A stretch of 64,000 bases of DNA. Origin: a virus (lineage: Duplodnaviria; Caudoviricetes). The position numbers and the translations under genes are program-made. Below the pieces are notes generated by a model. It did no database searches, was not told where the DNA came from, and was given only the letters and a program-made list of their open reading frames with translations. The stretch's first letter is position 1; each line of letters starts with the position of its first letter. Shown here in pieces: positions 19,111-27,490 of this stretch. The stretch lies in the IMG/VR virus record IMGVR_UViG_3300041964_000148. One strand, written 5' to 3'.

Positions 19111-19956
19111 ATGCAAACCAAAAAGAATTCCTCAGCGGCAGACCGCAAGGATGTTGCCTTGCTCTTTACGTCGGATTTAATCGAAGCCCTTCTCAAAGGA
19201 ACGAAAACCCAGACCCGCAGAATAATCAATCCTCAGCCTGTCCTAGAAGACGGGATTTGGATGTGGAAGCGAAAAGGTGAAACCCCCATTCCGTTAGTGA
19301 ATCAATCCTTGTCCATGCTGGCAGAAAGTCGGTATCAGGTAGGTGATCGCCTCTACGCTAAGGAGTCGATGTATCTCGACAAGGACGATCTCGGCGAGGG
19401 CGACTGTTGGTATTACGATTTAGATAAGAAGAAAGTTATGGTTTCGCGGGAAGACGAAGGAGCCATGCTTGCCTGGGCGCACCATAAGCAGACGACTACT
19501 CAAAGCGCTCTATTCATGCCGCGATGGGCAGCCCGAACTTGGAGGGAGATTGCAGAAGTTAGCGTTCAGCGTATAGGTGATATCAGCGAGGAAGATGCGA
19601 TCGCCGAAGGGATTGTCCCACTGATATACAGGGCTTCAGCCGAAGGACACTATGTTCGCTACTATCATTACGAGTATCAGACGTACCATACAACCTACGA
19701 CGGGGACGGGGCGCGGCAAAGCTTCCGAACACTCTGGAACCAAATCAACGGAAAATGGACAGCCATTCGGAAGAACATGGACGGCGGCGAAACCAAAAAA
19801 AAGGAGTTGTCGCATTATATTTCGTACCCTTGGAATGAGGAGGATATTAAGGACAAACCCGATGTTCGTAACAAAAATATCCCTTTTCTCGCTTGCCCGA
19901 ACCCTTGGGTCTGGGCGATAAAATTCACCACGGTTCTCCGTGACGAAGGAAAATAA
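19111..19956 (+). CDS. ASCH/PUA-like phage protein
   Basis: G.KTQTRR..GDRLY.KE..FMPRWA.R..DA.AEG..NPWVW family pattern. Confidence 0.75.
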   Translation: MQTKKNSSAADRKDVALLFTSDLIEALLKGTKTQTRRIINPQPVLEDGIWMWKRKGETPIPLVNQSLSMLAESRYQVGDRLYAKESMYLDKDDLGEGDCWYYDLDKKKVMVSREDEGAMLAWAHHKQTTTQSALFMPRWAARTWREIAEVSVQRIGDISEEDAIAEGIVPLIYRASAEGHYVRYYHYEYQTYHTTYDGDGARQSFRTLWNQINGKWTAIRKNMDGGETKKKELSHYISYPWNEEDIKDKPDVRNKNIPFLACPNPWVWAIKFTTVLRDEGK

Positions 19957-21341
19957 TGATTTTCGCATCTCTTTTCTCTGGGTTTGGATTGGCAGATATC
20001 GGAGCCAAATTGGCAGGTTGCGAATTGGCTTGGGGGATCGAATTGGATGAGGCGATCGCAGAAATTTCTCGCCAACTAGGACACCGAGTCCTGTGCCAGT
20101 CCGTAACCGAAACTGATTTTAGTAAGCTGGAAAAGCCCGACATTCTTTGGGTTTCCCCACCGTGCCCAAATTTTTCTGTGGCAAAGCAGGGCGCTAAAGA
20201 AACTGCCCTCGACATTGAGCTAGCTAATGCTGTAGTTAATGCGATTTCAATCCTAGAGCCGAAATATTTCATCTTGGAAAATGTCGAGGCGTACAAGCGA
20301 AGCAAATCCTTGAGAATCATTGAGGACAAGCTTTACAGCCTTGGCTACTGGATTGATCGGCAGGTATTTAATTCTGCTGATTTTGGGGTTCCTCAAACTC
20401 GCAGACGTTTAATTGTCCGTGCGGTTAGGCATGGCTTCGTTCCGCAAATGCCCCAAGCGCAAAGCTGGTTAGGCTGGTATCAAGCTATAGAAGACCTTTT
20501 GCCAGATCTCCCAGAAACAACGCTTGCAAAATGGCAAAGGGATAGGCTGGGGGCTGCTTTTGAAAAAGGACAGGATATTGATGGGGACTTGTGGATCGGT
20601 GGCTCAAACTGCTCGGAAAGTTTCTTGCAGTTTGCCATAGATAATCGCCCAACTATCCCTGGGATAAGGAAAAGGGGGCAGCCGTTGCCTACAATTCCTG
20701 CCGATGTCGCCACCAATAGTAAGGCTAGAGCAATTCTAGTTCCTGGAGGAAATGCAAGTAGTTTTCCTATCCGTGCAGACCACCAACCGGCTGCAACCGT
20801 CGGAGATACACATCGGACGGGGAATAGACCAAAAGCTGTCCTTGTCTGTGGTATTGGAAACAGAGGAGAATCTTTGTCAACCCGACAAGACGAGGAGCCA
20901 GCTCTCACTGTTACAGGTGGGCATCAAGCTCTAAGAGCTATGCTCATCCAATCCAAAAACCCCAATCAGGAGTATGGGAACGGAATAAGGGAAGGTGGAG
21001 AACCTGCCCAGACTGTAATCACAGATGGCAAACCTAGTCACCAATTAAAGGCGGTACTGATCGATGTCAGCAATATAATTCGTGATTGTACTGTCCGACA
21101 GATGGATGAGCCATCGTTTACCATTACAGCCGAAAAGATGCGTCGCCCAATTTCAACCCCAAAGGCGATTCTGGAATCGGCAAGAATTGTGCAAATGAGT
21201 TCTCGCTGTCTGGCACGGTTTCAAACCTTGCCGGATTGGTACGAACTTCCCGTTAAAAATGCTTTAGCTTGCAAGGGGATTGGGAATGGAGTCCCTTGTA
21301 ATATGTCCGAACAAATCGTGCGATCGCTAATAGGAAGTTAA
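19956..21341 (+). CDS. C5 DNA methyltransferase with repeated TRD-like segments
   Basis: LFSGFG, SPPC, ENV, PQTRRR, ARFQTLPD, GNGVP; five repeat units in the variable region. Confidence 0.9.
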   Translation: MIFASLFSGFGLADIGAKLAGCELAWGIELDEAIAEISRQLGHRVLCQSVTETDFSKLEKPDILWVSPPCPNFSVAKQGAKETALDIELANAVVNAISILEPKYFILENVEAYKRSKSLRIIEDKLYSLGYWIDRQVFNSADFGVPQTRRRLIVRAVRHGFVPQMPQAQSWLGWYQAIEDLLPDLPETTLAKWQRDRLGAAFEKGQDIDGDLWIGGSNCSESFLQFAIDNRPTIPGIRKRGQPLPTIPADVATNSKARAILVPGGNASSFPIRADHQPAATVGDTHRTGNRPKAVLVCGIGNRGESLSTRQDEEPALTVTGGHQALRAMLIQSKNPNQEYGNGIREGGEPAQTVITDGKPSHQLKAVLIDVSNIIRDCTVRQMDEPSFTITAEKMRRPISTPKAILESARIVQMSSRCLARFQTLPDWYELPVKNALACKGIGNGVPCNMSEQIVRSLIGS

Positions 21342-21343
21342 AA

Positions 21344-22306
21344 ATGAGCAAAACCTCGATTCAATGGACTGGTAGATCTTGGGGTTATCAGCAGGGCTGC
21401 TCTCCAAAGAGTCCCGGTTGCCCCAACTGCTACGCCGAAAAGATTGCCAAGCGATTGGCGAAGAATCCCAATGTCCCCCAGTATACGGATGAAATTGCCC
21501 TTTGGAACGGTGTCATGAATCTCCATATCCCCGGACTTGTGGAGCCGCTGCTACAGAGAAAAGGGACGACATGGTTTCCGAGTATGACTGATCCTTTCCA
21601 CCCAAACGTACACAACGAATGGATTGGACTGGCAATTTTAGTAGCAGCACTTTGCCCACAACATCGATTTTTGATGTTAACTAAGCGCCCAGAGGGAATC
21701 TTGGAGTGGCTTAATTCATCTGTTTGTGACGAATTCAGCCAATCTGGAGGAGCCTTTGCTGCATTGGCGCTGCACTGGATGTCTCAATGTGGGCTAGAAG
21801 ATTGGTGGGATTTACTTGAGGATGCAATCTCTCGGTATCCGCGTACAGACACCTATGAGAACTTCCCCATCCCCAATACCTGGCTCGGTGCATCAGTTGA
21901 AGACCAAAAAAGAGCTGACGAGCGGATGCCACTGATGCACGAACTTAAGAAAAAGGGCTGGCACACGTTTATTTCGGCGGAACCCCTCTTGGAGAAGGTG
22001 GATTTGCACCTCGACAAGTACCCAGTTGACTGGGTAATCATTGGCGGCGAATCTGGCAACAAATCGCGAACTTTTAATCTTAACTGGGGGCGATCGCTTA
22101 TTCAACAATGCCAGGATAATGGAATTGATGTGTTTTTCAAGCAGATGGGGGGCAATGCCACCGATTCTGTTCCCTACATACCAGGAACTTTAGCAGAGTC
22201 AGTGAGCTGGCAAGTAGAATTTAAAGATAAAAAGGGAGGGACACTGGAGGAATGGCCGAGAGAGTTTCAGATTCGGGAAGTTCCGAAGATTCTACAGATA
22301 GCGTAG
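21344..22306 (+). CDS. phage Gp37/Gp68 (DUF5131) family protein
   Basis: TSIQWT..GC...SPGC.NCYA, SMTD.FH, LTKRP, SAEPLL, WVIIGGESG, FFKQ.G. Confidence 0.9.
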   Translation: MSKTSIQWTGRSWGYQQGCSPKSPGCPNCYAEKIAKRLAKNPNVPQYTDEIALWNGVMNLHIPGLVEPLLQRKGTTWFPSMTDPFHPNVHNEWIGLAILVAALCPQHRFLMLTKRPEGILEWLNSSVCDEFSQSGGAFAALALHWMSQCGLEDWWDLLEDAISRYPRTDTYENFPIPNTWLGASVEDQKRADERMPLMHELKKKGWHTFISAEPLLEKVDLHLDKYPVDWVIIGGESGNKSRTFNLNWGRSLIQQCQDNGIDVFFKQMGGNATDSVPYIPGTLAESVSWQVEFKDKKGGTLEEWPREFQIREVPKILQIA

Positions 22307-22563
22307 TGCATCGCTGCCACGCCAAAGGTTGTAAGCGTCCGATCGCGGCAAGGTTCCTAATGTGTTACAAACACTGGGGCATGGTTCCTTTGGCTTTGCA
22401 ATGTCAGATTTATGCTGCTTATAGACCGGGACAAGAGGTTGACAAGCAGCCATCTAAAAAATACTTAGGCGCGATAAAAAAGGCGATCACTGAAGTTGCT
22501 CGACGAGAAAATCCCAGATCTTATTTCCCCAAGCAATCAAAGGCAAAGGTGGTAGATGGCTGA
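22306..22563 (+). CDS. small Zn-binding phage protein
   Basis: H.CHA.GC..FLMC..HW; likely GTG start overlapping the upstream stop. Confidence 0.65.
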   Translation: MHRCHAKGCKRPIAARFLMCYKHWGMVPLALQCQIYAAYRPGQEVDKQPSKKYLGAIKKAITEVARRENPRSYFPKQSKAKVVDG

Positions 22564-22846
22564 TTATTTCGATTCGTTCGGGACACTTGCCCGCCGCATC
22601 TATTCATCCCCTGTTGTAACCTATGGCGCTCCGATAGATCAGGGAAAAGTTGTCGCTAAGGCAATTTACGATGGCACCCTGCTTCCCAGCTTCATCCACG
22701 AAAACGGCGGTGATTATAAACAGTATCCTCAATTTCTGGTTGATAATCGCATTGGCTCTGTGTTCGACGATTTAGAGGAAGGGCAGCAGGTTGTGGTGGG
22801 GCAAGGCAAGAGTAGCGATCAGTTCTCTCAGCATTCGGAAGCCTGA
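22556..22846 (+). CDS. hypothetical protein
   Basis: Overlap-coupled; followed by a terminator. Confidence 0.6.
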   Translation: MADYFDSFGTLARRIYSSPVVTYGAPIDQGKVVAKAIYDGTLLPSFIHENGGDYKQYPQFLVDNRIGSVFDDLEEGQQVVVGQGKSSDQFSQHSEA

Positions 22847-22866
22847 GTTTTAAAGGGCTGTGGCAC

Positions 22867-22907
22867 AAAAAAGAAGGGTCTGCGAAAAATGCAGACCCTT
22901 CTTTTTT
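22867..22907. terminator. bidirectional terminator
   Basis: AAAAAAGAAGGGTCTGC-N7-GCAGACCCTTCTTTTTT. Confidence 0.8.
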
Positions 22908-23385
22908 ATTTGGTGGGTTCAGGTACAGAGTCAATATCGGCATCAATAGTTTCATCTGTCTCGATCAATCGATACTGGTAATAAAGAGTTACTTTTGTTC
23001 GGTGGGGTTCAACATGGATCAATTCGACCTGGTAGAAACGCCCGTTTACCCAAAAGAAGGAGTTTTCGTCTACATCCTTGGGGGAAAAGTTGATTGGAAA
23101 TATGTAGGCACTTTCCTCAGAATCCTTAATGCTACCGGTGCCTTGATTGATGGCGATCGCACTCAACTTAGTAGTAATTGTCCATCCTTCAAGCTTGCGG
23201 CACGTCCATCCGTATACGGCTGCTGCCCCATATTCTGGTTGAGCTTTCTCGATTATCCCTTTTTTGCATATTCGGATATCGTCGCCCTTTTCGTTCTTGC
23301 AATCTATTAGGGCTTGGAGATCAAACCAGGATTGTGATTGTTGGGCAAGCCAATTGTTCATAATAAGATCGGGAGTCCTACACAT
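22906..23385 (-). CDS. putative head-closure / neck protein
   Basis: Beta-rich, ..FWVNGRFYQV.. pattern; adjacent to a virion morphogenesis gene. Confidence 0.4.
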   Translation of the reverse strand: MCRTPDLIMNNWLAQQSQSWFDLQALIDCKNEKGDDIRICKKGIIEKAQPEYGAAAVYGWTCRKLEGWTITTKLSAIAINQGTGSIKDSEESAYIFPINFSPKDVDENSFFWVNGRFYQVELIHVEPHRTKVTLYYQYRLIETDETIDADIDSVPEPTK

Positions 23386-23394
23386 TAGTCGCTT

Positions 23395-23931
23395 GTGCCT
23401 AAAATTAGTCTAACCGTCCAACGCAATAACTACCCCCTACTTCGCACCCACATCACAGAAATTGAGAAAGAAGTGCCACGGCTGGGGCAGAGGTGGGCAA
23501 GGGAATCGGCACAGTTTTTTGACGACACCTATCGCGATCGCTTGGCAAGTCAAGGTAGAGGTGGGCAGCCTCCGCCTTTGAGTTCGGTCACACGACATCT
23601 CTACCGACGGCTGGGAGAACCCAATGGTAGTGGCATCCGCAACCATATAGAACTGACTTACAATCAGCAGGAGAATACTTTTACAGCTACGTTGGGCATC
23701 CCCCAGGGGCGTCCTACTATCGTCGCCAAAGTCCAAGATCAAGGAGCCACAATCCGCGTCACGCCACGGATGCGTGGTTTTTTAGCTGTTCATGGAGTTT
23801 TCCTGAAGGCGACGACGACCCATATCCAAATCCCAGCGCGGCATTCTTGGGAGTATTCCTTGCGGGATGCCAAGGAAGAAGCTAAACGTAAGCTTAAAAA
23901 CTTTTGGATTGACCTACAACGCCAGGTGTAG
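23395..23931 (+). CDS. phage virion morphogenesis / tail completion protein
   Basis: PPLS..T..R; QDQGATIRVTPRMRGFL..IPAR. Confidence 0.7.
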   Translation: MPKISLTVQRNNYPLLRTHITEIEKEVPRLGQRWARESAQFFDDTYRDRLASQGRGGQPPPLSSVTRHLYRRLGEPNGSGIRNHIELTYNQQENTFTATLGIPQGRPTIVAKVQDQGATIRVTPRMRGFLAVHGVFLKATTTHIQIPARHSWEYSLRDAKEEAKRKLKNFWIDLQRQV

Positions 23932-24004
23932 GCACAAAAAAACTCATCACGGTTCTCCGTGATGAGTTTTATTCAGAAAGCTGTTGGCATCAAATTACAG
24001 GATT

Positions 24005-24349
24005 CTATTCTTCCCAGATTGGCTTCCAATGTCCTGGGCATGGATTTTCCCCTGGTTCTATGTAGCCACAGAATAGAGCTGGATCTTCATCCTGATGATC
24101 CTCATCCCCAACGAATTCAACCTCTGCTGCGGGCGTAGGGATATGACAGCCCGAAGTTAAAACAAGCCCAATAATGGCATTGCTTCTTTCCTGTTTCATC
24201 CAATCTTCTGCATCCCAGTCCCGCACTAGCGCCCAAGCAACTAGTGGAACTTTAAATAAGGTCTTATCTTCTTGGTGTTGAAACACGGCGCACCATCCGT
24301 TGGCGGATGTAATAGAAAGAATATCCTGAGAATTCAGTGATGGAGGCAT
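24005..24349 (-). CDS. hypothetical protein
   Basis: A.GW.AVF..PLVAWALV; own promoter and AAAGCAAGATC leader. Confidence 0.7.
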   Translation of the reverse strand: MPPSLNSQDILSITSANGWCAVFQHQEDKTLFKVPLVAWALVRDWDAEDWMKQERSNAIIGLVLTSGCHIPTPAAEVEFVGDEDHQDEDPALFCGYIEPGENPCPGHWKPIWEE

Positions 24350-24446
24350 GATCTTGCTTTAAATGAATTACTCCTATTTTAACGTAATTTAACATACAAT
24401 AAAGCCCTCAACACGTAGCTGTGTTGAGGGCTTTATTGTGGGAAGG

Positions 24447-25244
24447 TTACTCTATAATTACTTCGTATCCAACGGCATCAGCGAGTTGCTGTGCCAAAGA
24501 TGATTCATTTTGTGAGCTGATCGTAGGCGTATATTCCCTTCGTAGTACGCTCTTCTGCTCGTCATTAATGTCGTGGCGGAAGTATGTCATACTGGCTTCT
24601 CCACGAAGCAGGATGTCTTCATAGAGACATCGGTAGACATAATCGTCATAGCTCCAGCCATACGCCCAGAAGCTGCCTTCATCCGTATTTTCGTCAGGAT
24701 AAAAGACTCCATCTTCGGTCAATTGTTCGTAACAGTCAGTGTCAATCTCCCAGCCGTTCCCGACCAGATCTTCAAACAATTCGTAGGATGCATCAACTGG
24801 TAGCTTCTTAAAAAGGTCATTGAGTTCCTCCAAAGCCGCTGGGGTTGGGTATATGGTGAGAGAGCGATCACATTCTAATACGATCGAAATATAGTGCCCC
24901 ATCGCAATAGTTATTCTCTGTGGAATTGGAGTTGGCTCCAAAAATACATCAGGATCATCTGACCCAGTAAAATGCTGGAAGAGTAAGTACGCAGACATAC
25001 TCATGGATGGTGGCAACTGTGATCTCTGCCATTCCTTTGCCGTAGTATCGCCTTCTCCTTTGCACCCTGATGGGAATGCAAGGATAGGGGTCTCTTCGGC
25101 TCTCCAACCAAACCCAAGAGGGTTGTACTGAGCAGTTAAGTACCCTTTTTCATTAATTGAAAGAGGGTTTTTCCAGAGATTGCTTTCCATGTTCCGCCAG
25201 CGGTAAAATCGACGGCGCAACATTTGATCCAATTTATTTGGCAT
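24447..25244 (-). CDS. hypothetical protein
   Basis: ORF with GTTATAAT promoter and AAAGCAAAATC leader. Confidence 0.7.
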   Translation of the reverse strand: MPNKLDQMLRRRFYRWRNMESNLWKNPLSINEKGYLTAQYNPLGFGWRAEETPILAFPSGCKGEGDTTAKEWQRSQLPPSMSMSAYLLFQHFTGSDDPDVFLEPTPIPQRITIAMGHYISIVLECDRSLTIYPTPAALEELNDLFKKLPVDASYELFEDLVGNGWEIDTDCYEQLTEDGVFYPDENTDEGSFWAYGWSYDDYVYRCLYEDILLRGEASMTYFRHDINDEQKSVLRREYTPTISSQNESSLAQQLADAVGYEVIIE

Positions 25245-25359
25245 GATTTTGCTTTAAAAGTGACTACTTTCATTATAACGTAATATGACGTACAAGCGGA
25301 AAGCCTCTACAGAGTTTTCTGTTGTGCAATAATAGTTTTACCCGCGTGTTACTGGGGTT

Positions 25360-25683
25360 ATGGTAAAACAAAATCGGTTGGACAATGGTACTTTTGCTCC
25401 TAAGTCATCTGAACGTAGAGAAGTTAGAACCTTGCGGGTGACTGATAAAACTTGGCAAGTTTTAGGTGGGATAGCCCAGTCAATGGATATCACTCGTGCT
25501 GACCTCTTTGAGGAACTAGTTGCTAGTGGGGCAATTGAACAATGGGGAAGTGTCAAAAATGAAATAGAACATCTTAAAAAGGAGCTTCAAGAACTAGCTG
25601 TTGAGAAGGAAAGCCTAACTCGACAGATTACTACATTGCGAAATAAAAAAGTTGAGTATTTTCAGCCTAGATTGTTTGATTAA
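25360..25683 (+). CDS. putative RHH DNA-binding protein with coiled coil
   Basis: RTLRVTD.TW..L..IA....ITRADL.E, then heptads. Confidence 0.55.
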   Translation: MVKQNRLDNGTFAPKSSERREVRTLRVTDKTWQVLGGIAQSMDITRADLFEELVASGAIEQWGSVKNEIEHLKKELQELAVEKESLTRQITTLRNKKVEYFQPRLFD

Positions 25684-25748
25684 ATACACGAATAAGCGGG
25701 TGCAAAGAAAAAAACCAGTTGTATTGCAAGCTATGATCTACAAAAAAT

Positions 25749-26612
25749 ATGACCTTTTTTATCGGCGTTCACGACGTGACCGATGCCATCCTTTTTGGCA
25801 ATTGTATGATTTCTGTGAACCGCCTCAAGGCAACTAAGGGAAGATCTAACTGGTATTGTTGGCTCAAATGGTATTGGGGCAGCGATCGCACTAAACCCTT
25901 CAAGTCAAGGCAATCAACAAGGAAGCGAACCGCGAGGAAAGCTCCTTTCCCTGTGAAGAACTGGATTCTCGATTCTGGGGCATTTACGTGCCTCGAAACG
26001 ATGGGAACACAAATGTGTATTGCAGAATATGTATCCCTGATTGAATACTGGCATCAGCATGGCAATTTATTAGCCATTGTTACTCAAGATTATATGTGTG
26101 GGCAGTTCATGCTGGAGAAGACGCGCCAAACCGTGGAGGTTCACCAGCGCTTGACTGTCTACCGTTACGATGCAATTCAAAAATTACTGAATGCTCGTGG
26201 GATAAACGTATATCAAATGCCCGTTCTCCAAGGATATCAACCAGAAGAATATGTAGAACATATCCGACTATATGGCGATCGCCTGAAGTCGGGGATGTGG
26301 GTTGGGGTTGGCAGTGTTCGCGACCGAAATGACAAGCCTAAAGAATTAGAGGCAGTATTTCTCGCTATTCGTAGGGAGCTTAAGGCGCAGGGGCTAGAAG
26401 ATATCAAGCTCCACGGGTTTGGATTAAAGGAGAAGGCTCTTAAACATCCTCTTGTTGACGCTTTGGTCGATACTACCGACTCAATGAGTTGGGAATACGA
26501 TGCGGGGAGAAAGAATGTGAGGGGTGATAAACGTCGGGCATTGGGAGTTCAATACGAACAAAAAATGAATGGGCGATCGCGCCAATTAGTACTCACTGAT
26601 TTGTTTGTATAA
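25749..26612 (+). CDS. queuine tRNA-ribosyltransferase-fold / DpdA-like base-exchange protein
   Basis: LDSGAF, QDYMC, PVLQG, GVGSV, LHGFG.K, DSMSW. Confidence 0.75.
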   Translation: MTFFIGVHDVTDAILFGNCMISVNRLKATKGRSNWYCWLKWYWGSDRTKPFKSRQSTRKRTARKAPFPVKNWILDSGAFTCLETMGTQMCIAEYVSLIEYWHQHGNLLAIVTQDYMCGQFMLEKTRQTVEVHQRLTVYRYDAIQKLLNARGINVYQMPVLQGYQPEEYVEHIRLYGDRLKSGMWVGVGSVRDRNDKPKELEAVFLAIRRELKAQGLEDIKLHGFGLKEKALKHPLVDALVDTTDSMSWEYDAGRKNVRGDKRRALGVQYEQKMNGRSRQLVLTDLFV

Positions 26613-26670
26613 CTTTTGTTACAATTAGGGAAACACAGTACTCTGTGATCTAATTTTTTAAGGCAAAACC

Positions 26671-27363
26671 ATGCAAGAGAAAGTCGAAGTTAAATTACTG
26701 CTCGACCAGTACCAAATCGAATTAATTCGAGACTGGGTTAAGGGAGCGCAGGACAACCTGCACGACCAAAACAATGGCTGGGAGTGGGGCATCAATGCCC
26801 CAGCGAATTACAACGAGGAGCATTTAATGCGTTATGGCACAACCTCGCACGAGGAGGCTCAAGGTCTACTTGAGGACATCACACATCAATTGCCGCCAAC
26901 ACAAGATCAGGAATTGGTTGCTACTGAAAAAGAGAAAAATATGCACTGCATGGAATGCAACTATATATGGAACGCCCATGAAGAGTGGAAGCCAGAGCTA
27001 ACTTGTCCTCAGTGTGACAGTGGGGACATTGCAAGCACGACTCCCAGCCAGCTCTCAGACCAATTATTGGATGAAGTAGAGCCATTAATAGTAGGCTGGG
27101 TCAAGTATTGCGAAGGCAAACTACTGCAAATTGACGGCACTGTGTGCAGCACAAGCGATATTGAAGTTTTACTAAAAGATACAATTCCGACAAAAGACGG
27201 CTCAGAAATTGTTGCCTGCTCTCTAGAGATTCCAGGTGTACCTAACCCTTGGTCAGCAACCGATGATTGTTTTGGCTATGAGTACGATCAAAAGAAAGAC
27301 AGGACAACGTATCATTTCTACGGGAAAACTGCCGAGCTACTAAGGAAATTGTTCTCGGTGTAG
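26671..27363 (+). CDS. hypothetical protein (Zn ribbon)
   Basis: CMEC..CPQC; GCAAAACCATG leader. Confidence 0.7.
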   Translation: MQEKVEVKLLLDQYQIELIRDWVKGAQDNLHDQNNGWEWGINAPANYNEEHLMRYGTTSHEEAQGLLEDITHQLPPTQDQELVATEKEKNMHCMECNYIWNAHEEWKPELTCPQCDSGDIASTTPSQLSDQLLDEVEPLIVGWVKYCEGKLLQIDGTVCSTSDIEVLLKDTIPTKDGSEIVACSLEIPGVPNPWSATDDCFGYEYDQKKDRTTYHFYGKTAELLRKLFSV

Positions 27364-27490
27364 ATCTTGGAAACCTTTGATCGCGTAAAATAACAACAAC
27401 TTACAAAACCCGCTGGGTGATTTATTCACCCAGCGGGTTTTGCTTTTTCTCATCACGGAGAACCGTGACGAACACCATATTCTTATAAAA

